Below are positions 19,459-30,651 of a stretch of DNA of 64,000 nt, piece after piece; within the stretch, counting starts at the first letter, position 1; every line of letters starts with the position of its first letter. Location: positions 128,001 to 192,000 of the forward strand of contig JANRIL010000024.1 in the NCBI GenBank assembly GCA_033764955.1. Direction: 5' to 3'. Origin of the DNA: Cyanobacteriota bacterium. Lineage in GTDB: Bacteria; Cyanobacteriota; Cyanobacteriia; Thermostichales; Thermostichaceae. The notes beneath the pieces are model-generated. The model made no database searches and had not been told where the DNA came from. It saw only the letters and a list, made by a program, of their open reading frames with translations. Made by a program: the position numbers and the translations under genes.

Positions 19459-21267
19459 GGGATCCCCTAGCCAACCCTGCCGCAACTGAGCCTGCTCGGG
19501 GCTAATCTCTGGTAAGTCTTCAATTTCGTAGAGATCGGCACGGGGCAAGCCGAGAGGCAGCCAAACGGTTTTCAGTTCTTGTTGCTGAAAAATACTGAGG
19601 GAAACCGCCTGCTGGGGAGCACAATCTTTCAATCGCTCCAGCCAATGGGAAGGATTCACCTTAAAGCCATTCAGAGCCAGCAACTCATCGCCCGCCCAGA
19701 TGCCGGCTTGCTGAGCGGGGGATCCCATGTCCACATGGCTAATTTTGTTGGAGCCATCGCTAGCTAAGTGTAGCCCCAGATAGGGAAGGGGGGGATTTTG
19801 ACTATATTTTCCCACCAGCCGCAATCCAAACGGATCAAGATAGTGGTCATAATCAAGTTCTCGGGTGCCGTAAATATAGTCTGCAAAAAAATCTTGCAAA
19901 CTAGACTGCGCCACCTGCTCGAAGATCTGTTGTAATTGCTGATCCGTATATCCCTTTTCAATCCGCCCAAATTGTTGCCATAGCAGTTGAAATACCTGAT
20001 CAAAAGAACGAGATCCTTGGGAGAGATAGCGAATATGTAGATCCAAAAGGGCACAAACAATGGATCCCTTTAGATAATAAGAGACTTGGCTATTTGGGGT
20101 ATTTTCATGAGGACGATACAGCTTAATCCAAGTATCAAAGCTGGATTCAGAGAGAGACTGAATATGACGACCTGGAAGTTTTTGTAAACGAGTAATGGCT
20201 TCCGAAAATAGGCTGAGGAACTTGCTGAAAGTAATTAAGCCAGATCTCAACAGGATAAGGTTTTCATAGTAACTGGTGGCTCCTTCACAAAACCATAAGC
20301 TCTGTACATAGTTTTCCTGCTCATAGTCAAAGGTCTCAAGAGCAACAGGCCGCAACCTCTTCACATTCCAAGCATGAAAAAATTCGTGGGCAACCAGGGC
20401 AAGAAATCGTTGATAGCGATCTTGATCATGAAAATTGAGGCGAGAAAAATTTAGGGTAGTAGCATTTTTATGCTCCAACCCACCAAAGCCATCTGCTGAT
20501 AAATGGATTAAAAATAGATAATGGGAATAGGGTAAGCCATCAAATAAAGCGGCTGTGGTAGTGATGATTTTTTCTGTGTCGGCCACCGCCTGTTGAGAGT
20601 CGAGATTACCGGATCCCCACACCACCCACTGATGGGGTTTGCCCAATACCTGAAAATCAATGCGTTGATGCTGTCCTACTTCCACAGGGCTATCCACCAA
20701 TTCGTCATAGTTGGCGGCCCAAAAGGTTTCCGTTTCGTCAGAATTGGATAATTTCAACAAGCTGGTGGCAATTTGCCAGTCGGGATAGGGCGGCTGGATG
20801 GTCAGGGTATAGGGGTGATTCAAGCCGGCGGGAGTATACAAAAAGAGGGCAGCTCCATTGAAGTAGCCGTGGGTTCCCTCCAGATGATTTGTCCGCACAC
20901 TCAGTTCATACGCATAAACACGGTAACTAACCCGTAGCCACCCGCCTATTTTTTTCAACGGATCCCCAGATTCAAGAGCATCCGTCTCAATTTGCCAGGT
21001 ATGCTTGTTGATTTTTCGCCAAGGTAAGGGGCACTCTTGTCGGGGATCCCAGGCTTGAAAGTCTTGCAGATGGCGGGCATATTCCCGCACCAAATAGGAT
21101 CCCGGCGTCCAAACTGGCATCTTGAGCAGGAGGGGGGATCCCACGGCTACCTCGGTCATATCGAGGGTGACTTCAAACAGATGGTTGGTGGGTTCCGGCA
21201 TGGCTACCCGAAACTGTTGGTGAACCTTTGTCCCTTGCGATATCGCCGAGTCACGCCAAGTCAACAT
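19438..21267 (-). CDS. M61-family metallopeptidase with PDZ domain
   Basis: [35 protein letters not shown]-terminal PDZ. Confidence 0.92.
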   Translation of the reverse strand: MLTWRDSAISQGTKVHQQFRVAMPEPTNHLFEVTLDMTEVAVGSPLLLKMPVWTPGSYLVREYARHLQDFQAWDPRQECPLPWRKINKHTWQIETDALESGDPLKKIGGWLRVSYRVYAYELSVRTNHLEGTHGYFNGAALFLYTPAGLNHPYTLTIQPPYPDWQIATSLLKLSNSDETETFWAANYDELVDSPVEVGQHQRIDFQVLGKPHQWVVWGSGNLDSQQAVADTEKIITTTAALFDGLPYSHYLFLIHLSADGFGGLEHKNATTLNFSRLNFHDQDRYQRFLALVAHEFFHAWNVKRLRPVALETFDYEQENYVQSLWFCEGATSYYENLILLRSGLITFSKFLSLFSEAITRLQKLPGRHIQSLSESSFDTWIKLYRPHENTPNSQVSYYLKGSIVCALLDLHIRYLSQGSRSFDQVFQLLWQQFGRIEKGYTDQQLQQIFEQVAQSSLQDFFADYIYGTRELDYDHYLDPFGLRLVGKYSQNPPLPYLGLHLASDGSNKISHVDMGSPAQQAGIWAGDELLALNGFKVNPSHWLERLKDCAPQQAVSLSIFQQQELKTVWLPLGLPRADLYEIEDLPEISPEQAQLRQGWLGDPSTLLTL

Positions 21268-21337
21268 AGCTACAGCCTACAATACTCGCCCTATCCTAGC
21301 TGCATCCTTAAATTCCTCAGCACAAGCCAGAAAAATA

Positions 21338-21379
21338 GTAACCTGTGCTACAAAAATCTAGGGGTCTACCCTCTAGTCT
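21338..21379 (+). promoter_or_regulatory. NtcA-activated (class II) promoter upstream of ntcA
   Basis: GTAACCTGTGCTAC (GTA-N8-TAC) + 22 nt + TAGTCT (TAN3T). Confidence 0.8.
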
Positions 21380-21642
21380 AGGGTCACTTAATCTCTACTT
21401 AGTCAACCTTTTGCTTTGGCTCACTACCAATTTCATGATTTAGCATCCACACTAAATACGTTGAGAGCAAAAGACTGGCTGACCCGCTGGGTCTAACGTT
21501 TACTGGGTACGTTCCTCCCTCTTCGTTTGATCTGCCATGGTTCCATTCAGCAGTCAGGGGGATCAAAGCAGGGATCCCGTTCTGAACACTTGTTTATTCT
21601 CTAGACCAACCAATCTGGGCTAAAAATCAAGGAGTAAGGGTT

Positions 21643-22311
21643 GTGGCTGTGGCTGACAAATCTTTGATCGCGGTTTTCAAACAATTGGGCGGCAATCAAT
21701 TCCCTCCGGTGATCGAAACCTTTGATCGGGGTAAAACCATCTTTTTCCCAGGGGATCCGGCGGAGCGCGTCTATTTTTTGGCCAAGGGGGCGGTCAAACT
21801 GTCACGAGTCTATGAGATGGGAGAGGAGATCACCGTTGCCCTGCTACGGGAAAACAGTATTTTTGGGGTTTTATCCTTTATTACCGGACAAAAATCAGAC
21901 CGATTTTATCATTCCGTAGCCTTCACGCCTGTTGAACTGCTCTCCCTGCCAATTGAGCAGGTGGAAAAAACCCTCAAGGAAAATGCTGAGTTATCCATGT
22001 TGCTCTTAAAAAGCCTCTCTTCAAGAATTCTACAAACCGAGATGATGATTGAAACCCTTGCCCATCGCGATATGGGATCCCGCCTCGCCAGTTTTTTGTT
22101 AATCCTCTGTCGGGATTTTGGGGTGCCCACCACCGATGGTGTGACGATTGATTTGCGCCTCTCCCACCAGGCGATTGCGGAGGCAATTGGATCCACTCGT
22201 GTCACCATCACCCGACTGCTGGGGGATCTGCGGAAAAACAAGTACATTTCCATCCACAAGAAAAAAATTACCGTCCATGACCCGATTCATCTTGGTCATC
22301 GCTTTGCCTAA
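21643..22311 (+). CDS. ntcA: Global nitrogen regulator NtcA
   Basis: [44 protein letters not shown]. Confidence 0.98.
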   Translation: MAVADKSLIAVFKQLGGNQFPPVIETFDRGKTIFFPGDPAERVYFLAKGAVKLSRVYEMGEEITVALLRENSIFGVLSFITGQKSDRFYHSVAFTPVELLSLPIEQVEKTLKENAELSMLLLKSLSSRILQTEMMIETLAHRDMGSRLASFLLILCRDFGVPTTDGVTIDLRLSHQAIAEAIGSTRVTITRLLGDLRKNKYISIHKKKITVHDPIHLGHRFA

Positions 22312-22467
22312 CGAGGTCTGAGTCAAGGGAGAACTGGCGCTCTGGGTTGGGCAGTGGTCATTTGGCATTGTTGCCGTTACCCCCTACACTCAGAGCTAGT
22401 CTGTATCCTCAAAATGAGGATGTCGCTAGAGTTAGGTAGTGAATTGTGAATTACCTGTGAAATAACC

Positions 22468-23265
22468 GTGAAAGTTGTTGGTCTTTACGTCTACCCCATT
22501 AAGTCCTGTCGCGGGATCCCCCTCCAGAAAGCCACCCTGGATGGGCGGGGCATTGTTTCGGATCGCAGTCTGATGGTCGTGGACAGTAGCGGACATTTTC
22601 TGACGCAACGGCAGCACCCCCGCATGGCTCTGATTGAGGTAGAACCTCATGAGGAGTTTTTGATTTTGAAGGCTCCCGACTGTTTGAGCCTGATCGTCGA
22701 ACTGCAATTTAATGGAGATCCGCAGACAGTAGTGATCTGGCGGGATTGTTGCCAAGCCATTGATCAAGGGGATGAGGCCGCCGTTTGGCTGAGTGATTTT
22801 TTGGGGATCCCCTGTCGGTTGGTGCAGATGGCTCCTGACTTTGTGCGTGGGCTGGATCCCGTCTACACAGCGCATGGGCAGGTGGGTTTTGCCGATGGCT
22901 ATCCCTTTCTGCTGACAAACGAAGCCTCCTGGCAGGATCTAAATGAGCGGATGGCAGCGCCATTGCCTATGGATCGGTTTCGTCCAAATATAGTGGTGGC
23001 GGGGGCTGAAGCTTATGCTGAGGATAGCTGGCAACAGATTCGGGTTGGTGAAGTGATCTTTGAGGTGGTCAAACCCTCTATCCGTTGTCGCATACCCACC
23101 ACTGACCAACTAACGGGAGAACAGGGATCCGAACCCCTGCAAACCCTGGCTACCTACCGTCTTGTGCAGGGGGAGATCCACTTCGGACAAAACTTAGTTC
23201 ACCACAGCGCAGGAGAAATCCTTTTAGGGGATGATGTGGAGGTACTAGCCTACCGCCAGTCTTAA
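22468..23265 (+). CDS. MOSC domain protein (YcbX/mARC-like, with MOSC_N)
   Basis: YPIKSC; DR; FADGYPFL; RFRPNIVV; EDSW; RC; FGQN. Confidence 0.92.
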   Translation: MKVVGLYVYPIKSCRGIPLQKATLDGRGIVSDRSLMVVDSSGHFLTQRQHPRMALIEVEPHEEFLILKAPDCLSLIVELQFNGDPQTVVIWRDCCQAIDQGDEAAVWLSDFLGIPCRLVQMAPDFVRGLDPVYTAHGQVGFADGYPFLLTNEASWQDLNERMAAPLPMDRFRPNIVVAGAEAYAEDSWQQIRVGEVIFEVVKPSIRCRIPTTDQLTGEQGSEPLQTLATYRLVQGEIHFGQNLVHHSAGEILLGDDVEVLAYRQS

Positions 23266-23297
23266 GTAACCATTCCTTAGACAGGGGCTAGGAAATT

Positions 23298-23567
23298 TTA
23301 ATGGTTAATCATCCAAGGTCTGCCCGTGCTGGCACTTTGAACACGGGTGCTCACAGGAGCGGGTTCCGCTTGCTTTTGCACCAAACGTGGTTCGCTATCC
23401 CCTTTGGGTTTCGGAAAACGTCCCGCATTTAAAAGCATAGGAGCCGAAAAAACGCGGCGAGCGGGAGCCTGACACTCAGGGCAATCCTGTGGCAGAGTGG
23501 CCTCTGCCATCGCTCGCCAAACATCAAAAGGACCACAGGTATTACACTTAAACTCGTAGAGGGGCAT
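23298..23567 (-). CDS. fmdB: FmdB-family zinc ribbon protein
   Basis: MPLYEFKCNTCG...CPEC; RPWMINH; downstream of the formamidase. Confidence 0.88.
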   Translation of the reverse strand: MPLYEFKCNTCGPFDVWRAMAEATLPQDCPECQAPARRVFSAPMLLNAGRFPKPKGDSEPRLVQKQAEPAPVSTRVQSASTGRPWMINH

Positions 23568-23867
23568 AATCGGCGACTCAGGTGTTAAGGGTTATTGATA
23601 GACTCAATTGGGCAATTTTATAATCATCAATTTGGCAACGTTGATTTGCCCATTCAAAGGGAAGGGAAAGGAATGGGGAACGAGTTAATGGTGTTCAGGC
23701 AGGGATTGTTGAAAAAGACTCCGCTTAAGTAAAGCATTAACTAATGCCCAACAAAAAACTCGGAATTCAGTCGAGCCTCTGCCTTCATCTATTCATTCCC
23801 CACAGTTTGACAAGACTATCAAACAATGCAGATAGCTTGAGAACCCAATGTTCTCAGCCAATTTGCC

Positions 23868-25064
23868 CTAAACAGGCAAAATGCTCTTATCAAAGATTTC
23901 TGTAGGCAAAGCCAGTGTACAGCAGGCGTTAGGAATATCCACAATGCCACTGAGACGTCCCTCCACAGGTGCACAACTGAGTAACAGATAAGCTTGCTCA
24001 CCCGTGAAGCCAAACTTCTTCAGATACTCAATTGCATTCAAGCAAGCCCGCCGATAAGCTACGTGGGGATCCAAATAGTATTGCTGACCCGTAAACTCAT
24101 CGACTGAAATCCCCTCAAATACGAGGTATTCAGAATAGCGAGGCTCCACAGGACCTGGCTTAAAGATAGGGTTGATCATGCCATATTTCTCCACCCCACC
24201 CTTGATGATATCCACATGCAGATCGATATAACCAGACATCTCAATGGCTCCACAAAAGGAAATTTCTCCATCCCCTTGTGAAAAGTGAATATCTCCCATC
24301 GATAGTTTGGCTCCCTCAACATAAACAGGGAAATAAATTCGGGATCCCTTGGATAGGTTTTTAATATCACAGTTACCACCATGCTCACGAGGAGGAACGG
24401 TGCGGGCTGCTTCCTGAGCCACCCGTTCAAAGTCTGCCCCAGTCAAGCTACCCAAGACAGCATTCTGCGGGTTGGGCAAGGCTGCTAAGGGAGGGATCTG
24501 CGGTTTCCAAGGCAAAGCAGCGGCATTTCCAGCATCAACTAGCGCCTTTTCCCGTTTGTTCCAAGTGGCCAACAATTCGTGAGAGGGAGCACAACCAATT
24601 AAACCAGGATGAGTAATGCCTGCGAATCGCACACCAGGGATGTGGCGAGTGGTGGTGTAAATCCCTTGAAAATCCCAGATGGCTTTGGCTGGGTTGGGAT
24701 AGTGGTCAGTTAGGAAGCCTCCCCCGTTGTCACGAGCAAAAATGCCTGTGAAACCCCACTCATCCCCTTGTAAAGCCCCGATATCCAAGAGATCAACCAC
24801 CAAAATATCACCCGGTTCTGCCCCATTCACCCAAATAGGGCCGCTCAAGACATGCACCACCGTTAGATCCACATCTCGAATATCATCGGGACTATCGTTA
24901 TCTTTGATTTGCCCATCTGTCCAATCTTTGCACTCAATCCGAAAAACTTCTCCAGGATTGACAGAAACAACCGCAGGAATATCAGGATGCCAGCGATTAT
25001 GACCGGGCATTTCCTGTTCTGACATCGGCTTAGTCAGATCCACCTTAAAAAGCACTTTCGGCAT
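23868..25064 (-). CDS. fmdA: Formamidase (FmdA/AmdA family)
   Basis: HNRWHPDIP; PPREHGGNCDIK; GDIHFSQGDGEISFCGAIEM; VDIPNAC. Confidence 0.95.
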   Translation of the reverse strand: MPKVLFKVDLTKPMSEQEMPGHNRWHPDIPAVVSVNPGEVFRIECKDWTDGQIKDNDSPDDIRDVDLTVVHVLSGPIWVNGAEPGDILVVDLLDIGALQGDEWGFTGIFARDNGGGFLTDHYPNPAKAIWDFQGIYTTTRHIPGVRFAGITHPGLIGCAPSHELLATWNKREKALVDAGNAAALPWKPQIPPLAALPNPQNAVLGSLTGADFERVAQEAARTVPPREHGGNCDIKNLSKGSRIYFPVYVEGAKLSMGDIHFSQGDGEISFCGAIEMSGYIDLHVDIIKGGVEKYGMINPIFKPGPVEPRYSEYLVFEGISVDEFTGQQYYLDPHVAYRRACLNAIEYLKKFGFTGEQAYLLLSCAPVEGRLSGIVDIPNACCTLALPTEIFDKSILPV

Positions 25065-25329
25065 AGCTTACAGCTCCGTTGAATTTAGGAATACAAACCT
25101 ACTGGCTAGATTTGTTTTGGAATGTGAGATTGCGGGTGATGATTTGCTCTAAATCTAATGCTTGATTAGGAGGACAAATTCACACCAAACTCAACCTAAA
25201 ATAGCTCAGAAAAAATCAATCTAGGCCATGAAATGCCAGATCTTTCGGTGAGATTTTTTAGATTTATAAAAACTAGCCAGCTTTCTTACGCTATTTTTTG
25301 TTTGCCAAAATTGACCTAGCACGCGACTG

Positions 25330-25373
25330 ACTATATAGTGATGAAAAACCTGTAATTTGTATTATCAGATACA
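25330..25373 (-). promoter_or_regulatory. NtcA box with putative -10 toward fmdA
   Basis: AATTTGTA-TTATCAGA-TACAAATT palindrome (GTA at 25359); TATAGT on the minus strand 23 nt away. Confidence 0.7.
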
Positions 25374-25500
25374 AATTAACCAAATCATGGAGGGTCGTTA
25401 GGTTATGCAGTTTTTTAGTGAGAATGATAACGATTATCGTTACCGAACACAAGATTGGCATGGGGTAAGCAGCGCAACGCTGGCAAAATACTCCCAAAGT

Positions 25501-25542
25501 GTAGTTTTAGACACATATTTCCCCGGACATCTGCCCTAATGT
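25501..25542 (+). promoter_or_regulatory. Near-consensus NtcA promoter toward urtA
   Basis: GTA-GTTTTAGA-CAC + 22 nt + TAATGT. Confidence 0.6.
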
Positions 25543-25851
25543 CACTCTATTCGCAATCAAAAATAGCCCTCGACTGACTTTGTTGGGTGTCTTTGTTCAT
25601 GAGCCTACTGTGTTTTACGTTAGTGGCGGCATCGCATCATCTAACATTAGTTTTTTGCTTCACTCTGCTAGTTTTTATCATGGATGCAAAGTCAGACCAG
25701 GAGAACCCTTTGAGAATGTGAATATGTGAACTTCCAAGCCCCATTGTTCGGAATCTGAACAAGGATAAACCAGCCTTAGGTATGGTTGCCCGTCGGAATT
25801 TTGGTTCACTTCAGCACTTGAGTCATGCAATTTTTGAGATAGGAGATTTCG

Positions 25852-27165
25852 ATGCTCGGTAAACTTAATCGTCGCCAAGTCCTGAAAGCTGGTGCGGCCA
25901 TGACCGCAGGAGCTGTGGCCGGTACACTCGGTCCCCAGATCATCATCAAGCGGGCTTTACCTGCTTATGCTCAGGGAGAAACAGTCAAAATCGGGATTTT
26001 GCACTCCCTCAGCGGCACGATGGCGATCAGTGAGGTGTCTATTAAAGATGTCTGCGTCATGGCTGCCGAAGAAATCAATGCTGCTGGCGGGGTCTTGGGT
26101 AAGCAAATTGAATATGTGATCGAAGATGGAGCTTCTGACTGGCCTACTTTTGCTGAGAAAGCTCAGAAATTGATCGAGGTCGATAAGGTTGCCAGTATTT
26201 TTGGATGTTGGACCTCCGCTAGCCGCAAAGCGGTGTTGCCCGTGTTTGAGCGGTTGGATCACATGCTTTGGTATCCTGTGCAGTACGAAGGTAATGAGTG
26301 CTCCAAAAACATCCTCTACACGCCTGCCGTGCCCAACCAGCAAACTAAACCCGCTCTCGACTACATGGTGAAAAAGTTGGGGGTGACCAAAATCTATCTG
26401 GAAGCCTCTGATTACGTTTATCCTAGAACCGCCAACCAAATTGCCAAAGCCCAAATCGAAGAGCTGAAAAAGGCGGGTGTGGATATTGAATTGGTGGGTG
26501 AAAACTATCAGCCTTTGGGTGCCCAAGACTATGCCACTGCGGTTGCCAAAATCGTGGCTTCAGGTGCTAATGGTGTGCTGAACACCATCAACGGTGACAG
26601 TAACGTTGGCTTCTTCAAGCAATACAAGGCGCAAGGTCTGACTCCTGATATTTGCCCGGTGATGTCTTCTAGTTTGTCGGAAGATGACGTGCGGGGTATT
26701 GGGGCAGAAAACGTGGTAGGTCACTACGCCGTCTGGAACTACTTCCAATCTCAAGATCGCCCTCAAAACAAGAAATTTGTGGAAGCTTTCAAGGCCAAAT
26801 ATGGAGCGGATCGGGTGACTGGGGATCCCATTGAAAAGGGCTATATTGGCGTCAATATGTGGAAACTCGCCTGCGAAAAAGCCGGAACTTTTGATATTCC
26901 CAAAGTACGGGAAGCCGTGATTGGGATCGAATTTGATGCTCCCGGTGGAAAGCATGTCATGCGGGGCAACCACCACACCCTCAAGCCAGTTTTGGTGGGC
27001 AAACACTTAGCGGATGGGCAGTTTGAGATCATCGATGATCTGGGCGTCGTGGAACCCCAAACCTGGGATCCCTTGATTGCTGGTAACAAGGTGTGTGACT
27101 GGTCGAAATATCCTGAAGGAACCATCGAAGCGACGGAAGCGGTTGCTCCCGATGCTTTCCGCTAA
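25852..27165 (+). CDS. urtA: Urea/short-chain amide ABC transporter substrate-binding protein
   Basis: GILHSLSGTMAISE; EDGASDWPTFAEKA; GCWTSASRKAVLPVFE; YPVQYEG; Tat motif RRQVLK. Confidence 0.9.
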   Translation: MLGKLNRRQVLKAGAAMTAGAVAGTLGPQIIIKRALPAYAQGETVKIGILHSLSGTMAISEVSIKDVCVMAAEEINAAGGVLGKQIEYVIEDGASDWPTFAEKAQKLIEVDKVASIFGCWTSASRKAVLPVFERLDHMLWYPVQYEGNECSKNILYTPAVPNQQTKPALDYMVKKLGVTKIYLEASDYVYPRTANQIAKAQIEELKKAGVDIELVGENYQPLGAQDYATAVAKIVASGANGVLNTINGDSNVGFFKQYKAQGLTPDICPVMSSSLSEDDVRGIGAENVVGHYAVWNYFQSQDRPQNKKFVEAFKAKYGADRVTGDPIEKGYIGVNMWKLACEKAGTFDIPKVREAVIGIEFDAPGGKHVMRGNHHTLKPVLVGKHLADGQFEIIDDLGVVEPQTWDPLIAGNKVCDWSKYPEGTIEATEAVAPDAFR

Positions 27166-27333
27166 GGAGAAAAGACCTGAACCCTCTCAATTTCTGGTGA
27201 ATCGAGAAGATTAGCTAGCTAGGCATGGGTGGTAGGGGTTCTCTCACTAAGAGGGATCCCTATCCCCTCCTAAAGCACCATATTCTCCTCATATCCTAAA
27301 GTGAATTCCCTAGTAGTGTAGGATGACTGACTT

Positions 27334-28416
27334 ATGATTGGCATGTTGGATATATTCACCCACTCCACTCCACTTTTTGCTAAAGCAGAGCTTTTTATTG
27401 TAGAAAATGGTATTCAAGTTTTATTTGCCCGCAAAGGCTTTTTTCTGCTGACCCAGTTGTTTAACGCTGTCAGCACTAGCTCTATTTTTCTGCTAATTGG
27501 CTTGGGTCTAGCGATTACCTTTGGCCTGATGGGGGTAATCAATATGGCTCACGGGGAATTCATTATGTTGGGTTGCTACACTACCTATGTGATGCAGCAA
27601 TATGTTTTTGGCCGATTGTTTTGCGGGGGAGGATGTGGGGGCAAGGAGGCATCTCAAATTACCGATTTCAGTCGAGCCTATTTTGAGGCTTATCCTCTTG
27701 CCTACAATCTCACCTATATCATCACGATAGTCGGGGCTTTTGTGGTAGCGGGCTGCCTGGGGATCCTTCTAGAAAGAGTGATTGTTAAACGATTGTATGG
27801 TCGATCGTTGGATACCTTAATGGCCACCTGGGGGTTTAGTTTGATCCTGCAACAGGCGGTCAGGATGATGTTTGGTGCTCAAAACGTGGATGTCAACAAA
27901 CCCTCCTTCTTAGGAAATCAGTTTCGCATCCCTGGGACACTCGTGACCCTTCCATTTACCCGTATCTTTATTTTGGTGGTGGCCATTCTGGTGCTGCTGG
28001 GATTGTTTCTCTTCCTGAGTCGCTCTCGATTTGGCCTAAGAATTCGGGCAGTCACCCAAAACCGCGCTATGGCAGCTTGTATGGGGATCCCGACTCAGCA
28101 GGTAGATGCTCTATCCTTTGGCATTGGCTCTGGGTTGGCAGGCATTTGTGGAGCCTTGATTACCCTAATTGGTTCTGTAGGGCCATCCACAGGGCAAAAC
28201 TTGATTGTTGATTCCTTCATGGTGGTGGTGATTGGCGGTGTAGGCAAGTTGATTGGCACCCTAGCTGGAGCCACTATTTTAGGGTTTTTGACTACCTTTA
28301 ATGAGTCTTTATTGAACGGCAGTCTAGGAAAAGCATTAACGTTTGCCATCGTTATTCTGGTGCTTCAGTTTAAGCCAGCAGGTTTATTTCCCCAAAAGGG
28401 GCGAGATGTTGAATAG
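27334..28416 (+). CDS. urtB: Urea/amide ABC permease
   Basis: GLAITFGLMGVINMAHGEFIMLG; IRAVTQNRAMA. Confidence 0.92.
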   Translation: MIGMLDIFTHSTPLFAKAELFIVENGIQVLFARKGFFLLTQLFNAVSTSSIFLLIGLGLAITFGLMGVINMAHGEFIMLGCYTTYVMQQYVFGRLFCGGGCGGKEASQITDFSRAYFEAYPLAYNLTYIITIVGAFVVAGCLGILLERVIVKRLYGRSLDTLMATWGFSLILQQAVRMMFGAQNVDVNKPSFLGNQFRIPGTLVTLPFTRIFILVVAILVLLGLFLFLSRSRFGLRIRAVTQNRAMAACMGIPTQQVDALSFGIGSGLAGICGALITLIGSVGPSTGQNLIVDSFMVVVIGGVGKLIGTLAGATILGFLTTFNESLLNGSLGKALTFAIVILVLQFKPAGLFPQKGRDVE

Positions 28417-28553
28417 ATACCTCAAATCAGATAATGAGTGAACAGGAAAGTTTGTTCAGCCATAACTTTTCCTCTGGAGAATATTAAGACATAATGATCC
28501 CGTTGATGTTGAGTGGCGTAAGTTCAATTGTTTTGTAGGATGGGTAATCAGCA

Positions 28554-29681
28554 ATGACTAGCACTTTGCAAGAAAATGAGTCTCAATTGGCTCGTCAACG
28601 ATCAAAACTGCAAGTAATAGAGATTGTTACTGTTGTATTTATTGCTGTCATCGCCATCTTTTTGCTCCCAGAAATTCTCAGCAACTTTCGCCTAAATCTT
28701 TTAGGGCGATGGATTGCACTAGCCATTGTGGCCGTTGGCATCGATTTGATATGGGGCTTTACAGGATTATTGAGTCTGGGGCATGGTGTTTACTTCGCCC
28801 TCGGAGGATATTGCCTGGGAATGCACCTGAAATTAATGGCTCCTAACCTGACAGGAGCCAGCAACCCCTCTGGTGAAACGATCCCTGACTTCATGGCCTA
28901 CGGTGGTTTGGAAGGGTTGCCGTGGTGGTGGGAACCATTTTATAACCCCTGGTTCGCTATGGCAGCCGTCATGTTTGTACCAGCAGTTCTTGCTTTCATT
29001 TTGGGTTATTTAATCTTCCGAAATCGTATCAAGGGGGTCTATTTTGCTATCATCTCTCAGGCTACCTCGCTAGTTCTAAGTGTTCTGCTAGTAGGATATC
29101 TAGAATACACGGCAGGAACCAACGGATTAACTGACTTTCAAACCTTTTTTGGAGCTGATATTAACACTCCAGAGACCCGTAGGGTTCTCTACATTGCTAG
29201 TTTCTTATTTCTGCTAGCAACCTATATTTTTGGCCGTTGGCTAACTTCTGGTAAATTTGGACGGTTGATGGTTGCAATCCGTGACGATGAGTTTCGCGCT
29301 CGTTATGCTGGCTACCATGTGGATTTTTATAAGTTAGTCGTCTATGTTGTATCGGCAATTATTGCAGGAATTGGAGGTGCCTTATTTGTTCCACAAGTGT
29401 TGATCATCAACCCTAGTCAAGCAGGAATTGTTCAGTCGATCGATTTTGTTATTTGGGTCGCGGTAGGCGGAAGGGCTAGCTTAGTGGGAGCAATTGTGGG
29501 GGCATTGTTGGTCAATGGCCTGAAAACCGGATTGAGTGAACGCTTCCCAGAATTTTGGATTTTGGTACAAGGATTGATGCTGCTTCTAGTGGTTGTATTT
29601 TTGCCCAAAGGAGTGATGGGAATCATTCGAGATGGATTTAGAAAGTTAGTTTTGCCAAAACAACCAGAAGCTTCTGCTTGA
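28554..29681 (+). CDS. urtC: Urea/amide ABC permease
   Basis: DLIWGFTGLLSLGHG; IKGVYFAI; VIWVAVGGR. Confidence 0.92.
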   Translation: MTSTLQENESQLARQRSKLQVIEIVTVVFIAVIAIFLLPEILSNFRLNLLGRWIALAIVAVGIDLIWGFTGLLSLGHGVYFALGGYCLGMHLKLMAPNLTGASNPSGETIPDFMAYGGLEGLPWWWEPFYNPWFAMAAVMFVPAVLAFILGYLIFRNRIKGVYFAIISQATSLVLSVLLVGYLEYTAGTNGLTDFQTFFGADINTPETRRVLYIASFLFLLATYIFGRWLTSGKFGRLMVAIRDDEFRARYAGYHVDFYKLVVYVVSAIIAGIGGALFVPQVLIINPSQAGIVQSIDFVIWVAVGGRASLVGAIVGALLVNGLKTGLSERFPEFWILVQGLMLLLVVVFLPKGVMGIIRDGFRKLVLPKQPEASA

Positions 29682-29723
29682 GATTCAGCTAAAGATTCAC
29701 GATGTCGCAACGTTTAACGGGGA

Positions 29724-30491
29724 TTGATGGTTATGTCACAGGATATTATTCGTTTAGAACAGATTACGGTTAGTTTTGACGGATTCAAAGCTATCAATGA
29801 TCTAAATTTCTCGATGCAAGAGGGTGAGCTTCGGGTTGTAATTGGGCCAAACGGAGCTGGAAAAACGACATTGTGTGATGTTATTACTGGAAAGGTCAAA
29901 CCCTCCCATGGCAAGGTATTTTTTCATGATAAAGAGATTACCAATATTCCCGAGTACAAGATAGCTAGGATGGGTATTGGCCGAAAGTTTCAAACTCCTC
30001 GTATCTTTCTTAATCTAACGGTCTTTGAAAATATTGAGTTGGCTTACAATCCTAATAAGGGTGTTCTCAGCACCCTATTTTCTAAGCGAACCAAAGCCGA
30101 TCAAGAAAAGATTTTGAGTGTGATCGAAACCTGTGGTCTGACTCGCGTTGTTCACTGGCCTGCCGGTATTCTTTCCCACGGTCAAAAACAATGGTTAGAA
30201 ATTGGCATGATGGTGGCTCAGGATCCTGATCTCTTGCTATTGGACGAATGTGTAGCCGGAATGACGGATAAAGAAACGGAGGCAACCGCCGAATTGATCC
30301 AAGTTTTATCGAAGGAACATGCCATTTTGGTGATTGAGCATGATATGGTCTTTGTCCGACAAATTGCTCGCCAAGTAACGGTTCTTCACCAGGGTATGAT
30401 GTTGTGTGAAGGTAGCTTTGATGAAGTACAAAATGATAGTCGAGTCATCGAAGTGTATCTAGGTACTCACAAGGAAAAAGCTGTTGCCTAA
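29724..30491 (+). CDS. urtD: Urea/amide ABC ATPase
   Basis: GPNGAGKTT; GIGRKFQ; LSHGQKQWLEIGM. Confidence 0.93.
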   Translation: MMVMSQDIIRLEQITVSFDGFKAINDLNFSMQEGELRVVIGPNGAGKTTLCDVITGKVKPSHGKVFFHDKEITNIPEYKIARMGIGRKFQTPRIFLNLTVFENIELAYNPNKGVLSTLFSKRTKADQEKILSVIETCGLTRVVHWPAGILSHGQKQWLEIGMMVAQDPDLLLLDECVAGMTDKETEATAELIQVLSKEHAILVIEHDMVFVRQIARQVTVLHQGMMLCEGSFDEVQNDSRVIEVYLGTHKEKAVA

Positions 30492-30651
30492 CCTCTCTGG
30501 CAACTCATTTTTTGCAAGTAAATTGATGAACCTGTGAACAGAACAATATCGGTGGAAGTCTGGCGGAAATAGATTGGTTCGATTTGGTCAGGCTGCTTTT
30601 TATGGGTGAATGGAAGGTATTGGATTGACGTTGTGATTGAGGTTTTACACT

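Noticed and set aside
25957..27125. Long antisense ORFs over urtA
   Set aside because: Codon-bias shadows of a well-supported gene
27230..27268. Hairpin after urtA as a terminator
   Set aside because: No U-tract and it includes the common GGGATCCC; at most an mRNA-stabilising stem
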